Assembly (NCBI GenBank): GCA_963713615.1
Contig: CAVQMM010000001.1
Location: 3,840,877 to 3,904,876, forward strand
Length of the DNA stretch: 64,000 nucleotides
Origin: an uncultured Chlamydiae bacterium
Lineage (GTDB): Bacteria > Chlamydiota > Chlamydiia > Chlamydiales > JAJFMA01
Direction of reading: 5' to 3'
The notes under the pieces: model-generated
The model's input: the letters and a program-made list of their open reading frames with translations, nothing else
Told to the model about the DNA's origin: nothing
Database searches by the model: none
Shown here: positions 20,427 to 30,990 of the stretch, piece after piece
Numbering within the stretch: position 1 is the first letter of the stretch
Layout: every line of letters starts with the position of its first letter
Made by a program: the position numbers and the translations under genes

Positions 20427-23400
20427 TTACGAGCGAGGAAGTCCAATGATATTAATAACATTGTTATTGTTGTTCGCTATAGAAGCTGGCATAAATATAC
20501 CCTGAAGTTTATTTCCTGAAAATGTCAGTGTTTTTACTGATTTGTTTAAGTAAGATATTAGCGGGTTTAGCCCTGCGCTAGTCATTTTGGTAGAATCTAA
20601 GTGAATTGCGTCAAGATTGGATTTCGCATGTTTGAGCAATGGCAAAAGCCTATCTTTAGCAGCATCCTCCAATGGATTACCGGAGAGGTTGAGTGTTTTG
20701 AGCTGTTCAATTCGAGCACTATTGCTAATAAAGTAATCGATTAGACTTCCAAGCCCTTGCGAAGTAATTTTATTGTAGCCTAGGTTTAATGTTTTTAAGG
20801 GAACTGCAGCAGAAGGTAATGACAATTTACTGATTAGTTGATTGATAGAATCATCATTTAATGATTTACTAGATAAATTAAGGCATCCATCTTTATCAAT
20901 ATTGATATCTTCTAAAATAAACTTGAGCGTTGAACAGAACTCACCATAAGAATAATTCGAAAGCAACTTTTTTAATAAGAATGGGGAAAACTCAGTAGAG
21001 ATTATTTTGGCATCATTCCTTGACAAGGCAGAGCCACCATTAAATGAAAATTGGATCGAACAGCCGGAAGAATTTATCTTATTTAACAATGCACGTAAGC
21101 CGTTAAGAGTAACAGAATTCCCACTTAAATCAATGGAGGACAATCTAGATGCAATGAATGTAGGCAGAGCATTGGCTATTTTTATTACTTGAGAGTCGTC
21201 CAATGCATTACCGCTCAGACTGATGCTATTCAAGTTCGGGGTTAGACCTGAGCATAATAATTGGGTTAGACTGTCCAAGCTAAGTTCCTTGCCAATCGCG
21301 TGTAGGCGTAAAGAACGCAAGCGTTTGCAAAATGAAGCATTATTTTTCAGGTAGTCGCATAGATGAGACAACCCTGCATTTCCAAGCGGATTTCCCGTTA
21401 AGTCGATTTCAGTAATCTCTGCATTTTCCATGGTAGGCAAAATTTTGTTTAGACGGCTTGCATTAAGACCAACGTTCTGAGTAGGTACTGATATACGCGT
21501 TGATGCAACTTTTTTATAGAAAGTTGTAAAATAGTCGACCCCAGGTTGAGATAGGGCACCCCATAGTGAAATAAACCATTGACGCTTGTTTTGTTCCTTT
21601 ACGAGCTCAGTCAACGCAACCAGGCCTGTGGTACCAATGTTGTTAGAATTAAGAGATAATTCAATCTTGGATGACCCGGATCTTTGTTTCAAAATTTCGC
21701 ACAATTTCTGAATCGCGTCATCATCCAGTTGGCTATCGGTTAAGTTAAAAGAATTGATGGCATTTGATAAGAAAATAGGCTTCAAAGCTAGAATTCCGTT
21801 TGTCTTAATAGGGTTGTGATATGGAAGGTGAGCCAGCGTTGTCCGGTTAGGATGGGTCGAGATCGCATTTACCCACGCGCTTAGTCCATCAGCTCCAATC
21901 TCATTGGAATACAAGGAAAGATGATGAAGAGATTTGTTGTTTTTTAAACCAATTGAGAGGGTCTTCAGCCCTTCATTTCCTAGCCGATTCCATCCTAAAT
22001 TAAGAGTTGCAATGGATGTGCTTTTCTTCAAAAATTCCGCTAGGGATTCACTGCTTGTTGCAGTTAGGTTATTGGCACTTAAATCTAAATCCCTGAGCTT
22101 CGCAGGGTTATCCCTTATCGCAGTTAGCAAGGGTTCTGCCTCTTCGTCATTTAGTGCAGCATGGCTTAGATTTAGCGATTGGAGAGCCAAATTGGGCAGC
22201 TTCAGAAAATCAGTGAAACTATTAATTTCATACTTGAGAGATTTGCCAATTGTTATATCAGTGATTTGATCTGCATAGACAATAATGGCCTCCATTAAAA
22301 TTTTCATCCCCTCATTATCGATGGAGGCTTCAGATGGAAGATTCGGAACCTTGATACTACTGGCACCACTAGTCAACTCGGTCACCTTGCTGCTTAAAAC
22401 AGGATTAATATTTAACTGACTTTGATCCAATTTTTCAAATTTCATTTCAAATTCTATTTGGCGAATCCGCTTTTGTTGACTATTTCGTTTATTAAGATCA
22501 ACCTTTAGCTCTTTCTCTAGGCGCTCTTTAGTAGCCTTTCTTTGCTGCAAGTCTGCTAGGGATGCCAGGCTATCCTTTTCAAGAGCCTCGCATTCCTTGG
22601 TGACTTTCTCATATTCATTCAAATTATGTTTTATAGTTTCTTCTAATATGATGACTTCCTTTGCTGCTTCTTGTATGCTGTATTCGATAGTAGCTTTCTC
22701 TGAACTGGCTGCGGTTATTAAATCATTAAGGTCTTTTCGCCTACTAAATGCATTATCCTGCAATTCTTTGATTTTATCTGCCGCTGTTTGAGCATCTTTT
22801 GTAAATTTATTGATGAGAGCGATGTCTTTATCTAGAATGCGCTCGTTTTTAGAGAGTTCTTGTTCCAGTTTTGCTATCTTTTTCGCAAGTTTCTCTTGTT
22901 GTTCGCGATTGTCATCAAGCTTTTTATTCAGATTCAGAAGTTGGTTTAGTCGCTGATCGCTCAATTTTTTAAGGTTATCCAACTTCTCTTGCAATGTTTT
23001 CTTGTCTGCACCGACTAGCTTTAATTTTGCTTCAAGATCATCTATCTGATTATTTATATTGTCTAATGCTTTTTCTTTTTTAGCGATTGCTTTTTCAAGA
23101 GTGGTTATATCATCGTCAAGTGTTTCTCTTTCCCTTATTAGCTTAGCCAACAGGACACTCAATTTATCTCTTAGTTTATTTATTTTTCCAACACTTTTAA
23201 TTAGTGCGTTGAGTTTGTTTGGGTTACTAGAATCCATTACAAATGATGAATTAAAAGTAATGTCGTTGCCGCTAGGGATGACTTTGGCTTTCAATTGTCC
23301 AAATAATTTGTTCGATGTCTCATATCCTAACACTTTTTTTCCAGGGATGCCCGCCATCAAGGGTAAACGACTATCGACTGCCGCTAGAAAGACACTAAAT

Positions 23401-23693
23401 AGCGCATCTGTGTCATTGACCGGAAGCCCATAGTCATCTGGTTTGCCAGTTGCACAACAAATAATGCTATCATTGCCCAATAAAGCGGAGACTGCATCTT
23501 GAATGCGGTTTTTGAATTTTAGAGGCTCAATGACCTTATCGTCTAGATCGCTAAAAGAATTGAGGGTGGTATCTCCGACTTTAATTCTATACATCTTGTA
23601 GAGTTTGTCTTCTTTTGGAAATAAATCAAGAAGCTTATCATCATCAATTTTTTGATCCGGTACAATAATACGAATTGTTATAGGTGAAACCAT
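20427..23693 (-). CDS. Coiled-coil plus RI-like leucine-rich-repeat protein (candidate effector)
   Basis: Long heptad region followed by many LxxLxLxxNxL(G)xxG repeats; visibly AT-rich; start at MVSPI with GAGG upstream. Confidence 0.85.
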   Translation of the reverse strand: MVSPITIRIIVPDQKIDDDKLLDLFPKEDKLYKMYRIKVGDTTLNSFSDLDDKVIEPLKFKNRIQDAVSALLGNDSIICCATGKPDDYGLPVNDTDALFSVFLAAVDSRLPLMAGIPGKKVLGYETSNKLFGQLKAKVIPSGNDITFNSSFVMDSSNPNKLNALIKSVGKINKLRDKLSVLLAKLIRERETLDDDITTLEKAIAKKEKALDNINNQIDDLEAKLKLVGADKKTLQEKLDNLKKLSDQRLNQLLNLNKKLDDNREQQEKLAKKIAKLEQELSKNERILDKDIALINKFTKDAQTAADKIKELQDNAFSRRKDLNDLITAASSEKATIEYSIQEAAKEVIILEETIKHNLNEYEKVTKECEALEKDSLASLADLQQRKATKERLEKELKVDLNKRNSQQKRIRQIEFEMKFEKLDQSQLNINPVLSSKVTELTSGASSIKVPNLPSEASIDNEGMKILMEAIIVYADQITDITIGKSLKYEINSFTDFLKLPNLALQSLNLSHAALNDEEAEPLLTAIRDNPAKLRDLDLSANNLTATSSESLAEFLKKSTSIATLNLGWNRLGNEGLKTLSIGLKNNKSLHHLSLYSNEIGADGLSAWVNAISTHPNRTTLAHLPYHNPIKTNGILALKPIFLSNAINSFNLTDSQLDDDAIQKLCEILKQRSGSSKIELSLNSNNIGTTGLVALTELVKEQNKRQWFISLWGALSQPGVDYFTTFYKKVASTRISVPTQNVGLNASRLNKILPTMENAEITEIDLTGNPLGNAGLSHLCDYLKNNASFCKRLRSLRLHAIGKELSLDSLTQLLCSGLTPNLNSISLSGNALDDSQVIKIANALPTFIASRLSSIDLSGNSVTLNGLRALLNKINSSGCSIQFSFNGGSALSRNDAKIISTEFSPFLLKKLLSNYSYGEFCSTLKFILEDINIDKDGCLNLSSKSLNDDSINQLISKLSLPSAAVPLKTLNLGYNKITSQGLGSLIDYFISNSARIEQLKTLNLSGNPLEDAAKDRLLPLLKHAKSNLDAIHLDSTKMTSAGLNPLISYLNKSVKTLTFSGNKLQGIFMPASIANNNNNVINIIGLPRS

Positions 23694-24048
23694 CTTATCT
23701 TTCCTCAATACAGGGTTGCGTGTACTTGCAATGCGAATGCTTGAGATTTTTCGGCAACGACCGCACACATGTTTTCGGTCTAGCCGATCATCTCTGTGCG
23801 GAAGTTGATATCATCAATAAATTTTTACCTCCAGAAAAAACTACATCCAGAAGGGGGCAATCCAACCTCGTACGCGGACATGCAGCATCGCAGTCACGAC
23901 AGTCGTAATCTAAAAGAATGATTTGTCAGCTAGATGCAGAATCACTAGTTGAGGACTGGCGAGGCTGGACCAGGAGGATTAGGATTGAGCAAGGTTTGTG
24001 TAACTTTTAGGGGTGACGATGAAGGGTCTTCTTCCTGACTTCCAGGAA

Positions 24049-24591
24049 TTACTCAACTTTAACCGCGGTATTCTTGGCATTAAGGCGATAGTAGGTAAAG
24101 CAGGTCAGGGCTATTGATGCCACTGCCATGTAGAGGCATGAGCTATCAAATATACTGTAAGTAAAGGTCATACTTCCGTGAGGATCTATCTGTGCTCCGA
24201 GAACCAACAGACTGACAGGCAGGATCGCTACCAGGGTATTTGCTGTGGCAGCAGTCACGGCCAGACGATGGCTCAGTGAGCGAGCACAGCAATTTAGGCA
24301 AGGCTTGAAGGGGACCATTACGGCTCGCGCATAGAGGCTGGTGGTTCCATAGACTAAGCCTACTATAACACCTCCAGCAATAGAGAAGAGCGGGGCTCCC
24401 GATAATTGCATACCCAATCGGGCGCTAAAATCTAAATTGACAACTGCTTCTGTGATATCGCGTGTTAAAGCAACTATCGCGAAAGCGATAGAAGCGGAAG
24501 TGATGATGCGGCCGACACGACGTGTTTCGGTCATGGGGGATGGTAAGGACTGAACAGTATCGTTACTGACTGCATAAAATTTTGATAACAT
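24049..24591 (-). CDS. Hypothetical membrane protein (Inc-like hydrophobicity)
   Basis: 180 aa with four hydrophobic segments and a Ser/Thr-rich N-terminus without a signal peptide. Confidence 0.6.
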   Translation of the reverse strand: MLSKFYAVSNDTVQSLPSPMTETRRVGRIITSASIAFAIVALTRDITEAVVNLDFSARLGMQLSGAPLFSIAGGVIVGLVYGTTSLYARAVMVPFKPCLNCCARSLSHRLAVTAATANTLVAILPVSLLVLGAQIDPHGSMTFTYSIFDSSCLYMAVASIALTCFTYYRLNAKNTAVKVE

Positions 24592-24699
24592 AAAAATATT
24601 CCAATAGTTTTAGTTAATAAAGTTTAAACAGACTCTCCGATTGCTGATATCATGTATTTCGAACGCTTATATTTCAAGCGAATTTGTACAATAAGTTCA

Positions 24700-24910
24700 C
24701 CCCCTTCCCCTTCGTGCCCCTTCCCTTCCCCTTCGTGCCCCTGCCCGATGTAATTCTCCCTATTCCGCTCCCCCTCCTCGCTTGCCTGTGCATCAAAACG
24801 CCAAATCGGACTATCAATACATTCAAAATGGGAGAAATAGGAATAGGGAGGATTACATCGGGCAGGGGCAAGGGCACGAAGGGGAAGGGGAGGGGATCGG
24901 GCACGAGGGA
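24700..24910. repeat. Palindromic element family C
   Basis: CCCCTTCCCCTTCGTGCCC..CCCTGCCCGATGTAAT-CTCCCTATTCC and its inverted copy GGAATAGGGAG-ATTACATCGGGCAGGG..GGGCACGAAGGGGAAGGGG. Confidence 0.85.
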
Positions 24911-25011
24911 GAAAGGGAGATTTACCCCTTGTGGTTAAAGGCAAAATTCGGTATGTTACCTATGTATCGTAAAGAATTAGTATCTAACGTTGGATCGTTC
25001 TGGAGACGTCA

Positions 25012-25473
25012 ATGAAGAAAGGCATTCATCCTAAATATCAAGATATCCTGTTTGTTGATACATCAACAGGGATTAAGTTTATATGTGGTTCTACACTGCA
25101 ACCTACAGGTACAGAGATCTTTGAAGGTCAGGAGTATCCTGTCTATCGCGTATCTATTTCCTCAGCTTCGCACCCTCTTTACACGGGTTCGCAGCAGTTT
25201 GTGGATTCTGAAGGGCGTGTTGACAAGTTCCGCAAGCGTTATGGCATGGCGGGTCAAGCTCCTGCTAAGGCCGTCGATGCTGGTGCACCCGCGACAGCCG
25301 CTGAACCAGCAAAGCCTAAAGCTGCTGCTCCAGCCACTGCCGCAAAACCTGCGGCTGGCAAGGGTGGCGATGCGAAGAAAGCAAAGGCCGCTGCACCTAA
25401 AGCTGCTGCGCCTAAAGCCGCAGCTCCAGCTGGTAAAGATAAAGCAAAAGCTGCGCCTAAGGCCAAGAAATAG
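25012..25473 (+). CDS. rpmE: 50S ribosomal protein L31 type B with Ala/Lys/Pro-rich tail
   Basis: [20 protein letters not shown] and [10 protein letters not shown] motifs. Confidence 0.93.
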   Translation: MKKGIHPKYQDILFVDTSTGIKFICGSTLQPTGTEIFEGQEYPVYRVSISSASHPLYTGSQQFVDSEGRVDKFRKRYGMAGQAPAKAVDAGAPATAAEPAKPKAAAPATAAKPAAGKGGDAKKAKAAAPKAAAPKAAAPAGKDKAKAAPKAKK

Positions 25474-25573
25474 CTGTTTGCGCCGGACTTCAATAAGTTT
25501 CTTTTGTACCGTCAGGTGAGATGGACGTTAGTGTCCATCCGCCTTATGTAGCCGTTTCTTCTAAGGCACCTCC

Positions 25574-26662
25574 ATGGAAAATCGCATTCTTCAGCTCATT
25601 GGCCAGCTTCCTGAAGTGGAGGCGGAACTCGGCCACCCTGATGCCTTGCAAGATCAAAAGCATTACCGCACTCTGACGCAAAATCATGCTTATCTATCGA
25701 CGGTTAAAGAGTCGTGGGACCAGCTCCAACTTTCGCGGAAGCAGGTCGAAGATAATCGGCAGTTACTCAAGACTGAGACCGACAAAGAATTTACTGAGAT
25801 TTTAAGAGAAGATATCGCTGAACTCGAAAGCAAGATTGAAGAGCTCGAAAAGAGCCTCGAGGTCCTGCTTGTTCCTCCCGACCCTAACGATCATCGCAAT
25901 ACCATTCTGGAAATTCGTGCTGGCACGGGTGGCGATGAGGCAGCTCTTTTTGTGGGTGATTGCGTTCGCATGTATAAGCTCTTTGCGGATAAGCAGGGAT
26001 GGCGCTATGAGCACTTATCTTGTACTCCTTCAGAGATCGGTGGTTTCAAAGAATATGTCATGGTGCTCTCCGGGCCCAATGTCTATCGCTTTTTGAAACA
26101 TGAAGCCGGCACACATCGTGTTCAGCGCGTTCCGGCCACGGAGGCTCAGGGGCGAATTCATACGTCTGCCATCACAGTAGCCGCATTGATGGAGCCAGAG
26201 GAAGATGAAGAGATCACCATCGAAGAAAAAGATCTGCGTGTAGATACGTACCGATCTTCTGGGGCGGGCGGTCAGCACGTCAATACCACTGACAGTGCCG
26301 TACGTTTAACACACCTACCTTCCGGAATGGTCGTCTATTGCCAAGAGGAGCGCAGCCAGCACAAGAACAAGGCCAAAGCGTTACGTCTGCTTCAGGCTAA
26401 GTTAGTTGAAGCTGACCAGCAACGTAAGCATCAGGAGCAGGCATCCACACGCGCCAGCCAAGTGGGGTCTGGTGACCGTTCGGAGCGCATCCGAACCTAC
26501 AACTTCCCCCAGAATCGTTTGACAGATCATCGCATCAATCTCACGCGTTACAATTTGGATCGTGTGATGGAGGGCGAGTTGGATGATATTGTCCAACCTC
26601 TAGTGGCACATTACCATCAGCAACGCCTCCAAGGCCTTGAAGAAAGCGGCGCATTGGCATAA
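25574..26662 (+). CDS. prfA: Peptide chain release factor 1
   Basis: GGQ motif, PAT (PxT) anticodon motif and [11 protein letters not shown]. Confidence 0.97.
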   Translation: MENRILQLIGQLPEVEAELGHPDALQDQKHYRTLTQNHAYLSTVKESWDQLQLSRKQVEDNRQLLKTETDKEFTEILREDIAELESKIEELEKSLEVLLVPPDPNDHRNTILEIRAGTGGDEAALFVGDCVRMYKLFADKQGWRYEHLSCTPSEIGGFKEYVMVLSGPNVYRFLKHEAGTHRVQRVPATEAQGRIHTSAITVAALMEPEEDEEITIEEKDLRVDTYRSSGAGGQHVNTTDSAVRLTHLPSGMVVYCQEERSQHKNKAKALRLLQAKLVEADQQRKHQEQASTRASQVGSGDRSERIRTYNFPQNRLTDHRINLTRYNLDRVMEGELDDIVQPLVAHYHQQRLQGLEESGALA

Positions 26663-26663
26663 C

Positions 26664-27506
26664 ATGAAGACCATCCGCGAGGTGTTAACCCTTACTTCTC
26701 AATATCTGGAAGTCCGTGGCATCGGCAATGCCAGACGTGAAGCCGAGGATCTTCTTTGTGATGCACTTACTCTGACCCGCATTTCCCTTTATATGGACCA
26801 CGATCGCCCTCTTAGTGAAAGCGAATTGAAATTGTGTCGCGAGTACTTGCAGCGCCGGGGCAAAGGGGAACCGTTGGCCTATATTCATGGCAAAGTAGAC
26901 TTCTGTGGTTGCTCTATTGAGGTCACTCCTGCAGTGTTGATTCCGCGAGTTGAAACTGAGTTGTTGGTAGAAAAAATCGCCTCAACGCTCAAAACGCGGG
27001 ATCTTGAAGGGCAAGTCTTGTGGGATGTCTGCTGTGGTTCGGGTTATATTGGCATCGCTTTGAAAAAACGTTTCCCTGCATTGACAGTGCATCTTTCCGA
27101 CCTTTCACCCGCCGCCGTTGCTTTGGCCAAAAAGAATGCGTTACGAAATGAAGTCGAAGTAACCATTCATGAAGGCGATCTTTTAGCGCCGTTTATGGGA
27201 CAACGATGCAACTATTTCGTGTGCAATCCCCCTTATGTCGCGGAAAAAGAATACGAACAGTTGTCTCGCGAGGTGCGCGATCATGAACCGCGTATGGCTT
27301 TAGTGGCGGACGATGAAGGTTATGCTATTTATCAACGCCTATCTATTGAAGCACCTCCACACCTGCATCCAGCGGCCAAAGTCTGGTTTGAAATCGGCAG
27401 CGGAATGGGACCTCGACTACTGGAACTTTTTAGACAATGGAAGATCTCGCAGGTCGAGAAGGATTGGGCTGGTCATGACCGCTTCTTTTTCCTTGAAAAT
27501 GAATGA
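26664..27506 (+). CDS. prmC: Release factor glutamine methyltransferase
   Basis: GEPLAYI, VLIPRVETE, CGSG and NPPY motifs; start at MKTIRE. Confidence 0.95.
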   Translation: MKTIREVLTLTSQYLEVRGIGNARREAEDLLCDALTLTRISLYMDHDRPLSESELKLCREYLQRRGKGEPLAYIHGKVDFCGCSIEVTPAVLIPRVETELLVEKIASTLKTRDLEGQVLWDVCCGSGYIGIALKKRFPALTVHLSDLSPAAVALAKKNALRNEVEVTIHEGDLLAPFMGQRCNYFVCNPPYVAEKEYEQLSREVRDHEPRMALVADDEGYAIYQRLSIEAPPHLHPAAKVWFEIGSGMGPRLLELFRQWKISQVEKDWAGHDRFFFLENE

Positions 27507-27604
27507 TTTTTTAAGTAATCTTCTTAGTATTGTTAAGCAGCCTTTGGATTCTTTTTAGAATCTGCTGCCGCCTAAACCACTGTTGCTGAAAGGCTAATCC
27601 GCGA

Positions 27605-28933
27605 ATGTTCGGGGCGTTAACTCAGAAATTACAAGGCGTTTTTGCCAAGCTTGGAGGCAAGCGTAAGCTCAACGAGGAGAATATCTCCGAAGCTGTGGGC
27701 GAAGTGCGCTTGGCTCTTTTGGAAGCTGACGTCAATTATGGCGTTACGAAAACGCTTATTAAGCGCGTCAAAGAACAGGCTTTGGGTGACGCAGTAATCT
27801 CCTCTGTAACCCCTGGGCAGCAATTTATCAAAGTTGTTCACGACGAACTGATGGCTTTGATGGGTGGCAGCGAAGCTACCTTGGAGCTTAAAGGCAAACC
27901 AGCGGTGATCATGCTTTGTGGTTTGCAGGGATCTGGCAAAACAACGCACTGTGCCAAGCTCGCCAGGTACCTCAAAAAGGAAAAATTGGCCCATAAGCCC
28001 TTGCTGGCAGCTTGTGACCTGCAACGGCCTGCGGCAGTAGAGCAGCTAACAATCCTGGGACAACAAGCCGGTGTGCCGGTGTTTTCGTTGCCCGGTGAAA
28101 AGGATCCCTTAAAGGTCGTTAAGGCCGCTTTGAAAGAAGCTGAAGCTAACGACTATGATGTCCTCATCGTAGATACCGCAGGGCGCCTGCATATCGACGA
28201 AGAGATGATGCAAGAACTCGAGCGGGTTAGGAACTTCCTAAACCCCTCTGAGGTGCTGTTTGTCGCCAATGCGACAACAGGGCAAGATGCCGTGAATGTG
28301 GCCGCAGAATTCAACAAACGCGTGGCCATCACAGGAAGCATCTTGACCATGCTAGACGGTAACACTCGCGGCGGTGCTGCCATCTCGATCCGTGAAGTGA
28401 CTGGGAAGCCCCTAAAGTTCGAAGGGATCGGTGAGCGACTCGAGGACCTACAGCTCTTTCATCCGCAGTCGATGGCCGATCGTATCCTTGGTATGGGCGA
28501 CACCATCAATTTGGTGAAGAGGGCTCAGGAGCACATCGACGAAGAGCAGGCCCAGGACCTCGAGGCGAAGATTCGTAAGGCGAGCTTCACCTACGACGAC
28601 TATGTGCGGCAGATACAGTCCGTGAAGAAAATGGGTTCTATTAAAAGCCTATTAGGAATGCTGCCAGGGATGTCCAACATGGGTAACCTGGACATCGACG
28701 ACAAAGAATTTACGAAGATCGAAGCAATCATTCTGTCGATGACCACCGCAGAGCGAATGGAAAAAGTTGAGTTAGTACCTGCCCGTCGCAAACGTATTGC
28801 TACCGGCAGTGGAACAAAGATTGAAGATGTAAATAAGTTGGTAAAGTCCTTTAAACAGGCTAAGCAGTTTTTTAAAAACTTACCAGCTAAGAAGAATATA
28901 GAAAAGATGCTCGGAGGAGCCTTATGGCGTTAA
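27605..28933 (+). CDS. ffh: Signal recognition particle protein
   Basis: GLQGSGKTT, DTAGR, RILGMGD and M domain. Confidence 0.97.
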   Translation: MFGALTQKLQGVFAKLGGKRKLNEENISEAVGEVRLALLEADVNYGVTKTLIKRVKEQALGDAVISSVTPGQQFIKVVHDELMALMGGSEATLELKGKPAVIMLCGLQGSGKTTHCAKLARYLKKEKLAHKPLLAACDLQRPAAVEQLTILGQQAGVPVFSLPGEKDPLKVVKAALKEAEANDYDVLIVDTAGRLHIDEEMMQELERVRNFLNPSEVLFVANATTGQDAVNVAAEFNKRVAITGSILTMLDGNTRGGAAISIREVTGKPLKFEGIGERLEDLQLFHPQSMADRILGMGDTINLVKRAQEHIDEEQAQDLEAKIRKASFTYDDYVRQIQSVKKMGSIKSLLGMLPGMSNMGNLDIDDKEFTKIEAIILSMTTAERMEKVELVPARRKRIATGSGTKIEDVNKLVKSFKQAKQFFKNLPAKKNIEKMLGGALWR

Positions 28934-29259
28934 AAATTAGATTGCGGCCTCAAGGTCGCACCAACCGCCCCTTTTACCGTCTTGTTGTTACCGAAGGGAC
29001 AACACGCCGCGATGGTAAGTACCTGGAGGCATTAGGCTGGTATGATCCTCTCGTTAAAGAAGAGGACAAGAGTTATACCCTTCAGGAAGACCGTCTTCAC
29101 TATTGGTTGGACAGAGGTGCTCAACTGACCGAGAAGGTAGAAGCATTGATCGCACGCGGTGCTCCAAAGGTTTTGGCGGCCCTTAAGCAAAAGGCTGAGG
29201 CTCTACAGGCCAAGGAACGCGCTAAGCGCAAAGCCCGCAAGGCTCGTGCTGAAGGCTAG
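28924..29259 (+). CDS. rpsP: 30S ribosomal protein S16
   Basis: LKIRL, RPFYRLVV and RDGKYLEALGWYDP motifs. Confidence 0.96.
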   Translation: MALKIRLRPQGRTNRPFYRLVVTEGTTRRDGKYLEALGWYDPLVKEEDKSYTLQEDRLHYWLDRGAQLTEKVEALIARGAPKVLAALKQKAEALQAKERAKRKARKARAEG

Positions 29260-29323
29260 GACCATTAGCTGTGGGGCTATCATCCATGATTGCCAAGAGT
29301 GAAGCCCTCGAAGGGAATAGAGC

Positions 29324-30421
29324 ATGCGTATCGATATATTAAGTCTATTCCCAGACTACTTCCGTGGTCCATTTGATGAGAGCATGATTGCTCGAGCCCG
29401 TCGTCAAGGCCTTGTTGACCTCCAGCTTATCGACCTCAGACACTATGGGACCGGTAGTTACAAGCAGGTGGATGACAGGGCATACGGCGGAGGGCCAGGA
29501 ATGGTCCTAATGGCTGGATCGGTGGCTCAAGCATTACGTGAAGCCAAAGGAAGGGTAGAGGGTAGGTCACAGCGAACGGTGTTTTTGTCGCCTCAGGGTA
29601 AGCCCCTCGATGCGAGTAAGTGCCGGGAGTTAGCTTTAGTTGACCATCTCATTCTTCTGTGTGGGCATTATGAAGGGGTAGACCAGCGGGTTCTTGATAA
29701 GGAAGTTGATGAAGAGATCAGCATCGGCGACTATGTTCTGACCAATGGTTGTTTGCCAGCGATTGTGTTGGTCGATGCTGTGGCTCGTTTCATCCCTGGT
29801 GTGATTGGGCACAGCGATGCAGCTTCCGAAGATTCTTTTGAAAGGGAGTTGCTAGACTGCCCGCACTATACGCGGCCAGAGGTTTTTGAGGGAATAGAAG
29901 TCCCCAAAGTGTTGCTAGAAGGTAACCACGCAGCAATCGACCAATGGCGGCATGAGCGAGCTCTGGCTAAAACTCGGTTAAGGCGACCAGACCTCTTTTT
30001 GAGGTACTTGGTCCGCAACCAACAAGAGTTGGCGGTGCCCATCGAAGAGAGGGTGCAGACAGGTTGGTGTTGGCAAGGAATGACTCTGCTGGTGGAGGAC
30101 CTGCGACGGAGCCGGCGCTTTTACCGCGACGTGTTGGGATGGAAGCCGACACAAGAAAGTGATACGATGATCGCTTTCGTTGTGGGAAAGCTGAAAGTGA
30201 CGATGGCTGTGGGTAAACGCCCTGAAGGGCGGCAGGCAGCAGTTGTGTTAGATATTATGGTGGAGGACCCCAAGACCTTAGGGCTGATAGCACGGAAGGT
30301 TCACAGCCAAGCCTTAGGTGGTGTGGAAGGGGCAGAGAGAGTAGAAAAAGTTTGGTTTATCGATCCTGACGGTTACCACTGGGTGTTAACAGGGTCTGAG
30401 GATAGCCGTAAGAACAGTTAA
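29324..30421 (+). CDS. trmD: tRNA (guanine-N1)-methyltransferase with C-terminal VOC/glyoxalase-like domain
   Basis: DDRAYGGGPGMV, CGHYEGVDQR and SIGDYVLTNG motifs; tail contains VEDLRRSRRFYRDVLG..FIDPDG. Confidence 0.95.
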   Translation: MRIDILSLFPDYFRGPFDESMIARARRQGLVDLQLIDLRHYGTGSYKQVDDRAYGGGPGMVLMAGSVAQALREAKGRVEGRSQRTVFLSPQGKPLDASKCRELALVDHLILLCGHYEGVDQRVLDKEVDEEISIGDYVLTNGCLPAIVLVDAVARFIPGVIGHSDAASEDSFERELLDCPHYTRPEVFEGIEVPKVLLEGNHAAIDQWRHERALAKTRLRRPDLFLRYLVRNQQELAVPIEERVQTGWCWQGMTLLVEDLRRSRRFYRDVLGWKPTQESDTMIAFVVGKLKVTMAVGKRPEGRQAAVVLDIMVEDPKTLGLIARKVHSQALGGVEGAERVEKVWFIDPDGYHWVLTGSEDSRKNS

Positions 30422-30473
30422 AAAAAAGATCGCCTGCCCCAGGCAGGCCTGAGAACAATTAGGAGAACGCAAG

Positions 30474-30911
30474 ATGAGAACAGCGGTCATCGAAAAAGTT
30501 GAACAAATGCAGCTACGGAAGGAAGTGCCGAACTTCAGCATTGGCGACACCATTAGTGTGCATATCCGTATTATCGAAGGCGATAAAGAACGAACACAGA
30601 TGTTTACCGGGACCGTCATTGCCCGTCGTGGCACTGGTTTGTCCGAGACCTTTGCTCTGCACCGCGTCGCTTATGGCGAGGGCATGGAGCGAGTCTTTCT
30701 ATTGCATAGCCCACGCATTAGCAAGATTGAATTGGTGAAGCGTGGTCGTGTGCGTCGTGCCAAACTGTACTACTTGCGTGGAACATCCGGTAAGAAAGCT
30801 AAAGTGCGCAATCTTCTGGGTGGTCGCAGAGAAATTACTACAACGACATCTACTGCTAGCGTGAAAGCTGGTGCGGCTCCTGAGGCTCAGGAAGCAGCAG
30901 TTGAGGAATAA
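30474..30911 (+). CDS. rplS: 50S ribosomal protein L19
   Basis: EGDKERTQMF and RVRRAKLYYLR motifs. Confidence 0.96.
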   Translation: MRTAVIEKVEQMQLRKEVPNFSIGDTISVHIRIIEGDKERTQMFTGTVIARRGTGLSETFALHRVAYGEGMERVFLLHSPRISKIELVKRGRVRRAKLYYLRGTSGKKAKVRNLLGGRREITTTTSTASVKAGAAPEAQEAAVEE

Positions 30912-30919
30912 GCCCACGC

Positions 30920-30955
30920 AAAACGCAGCCTAGGACGGGCTGCGTTCTGTTGTTT
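30920..30955 (+). terminator. Hairpin / probable terminator after rplS
   Basis: AACGCAGCC-loop-GGCTGCGTT followed by a T-rich tract. Confidence 0.5.
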
Positions 30956-30990
30956 GCCTTGGGGAGGGCATCGACAGAGGAGAGAGAGGG

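Noticed and set aside
29990..30421. TrmD-VOC domain fusion as a novelty
   Set aside because: A C-terminally extended TrmD is typical of chlamydiae.
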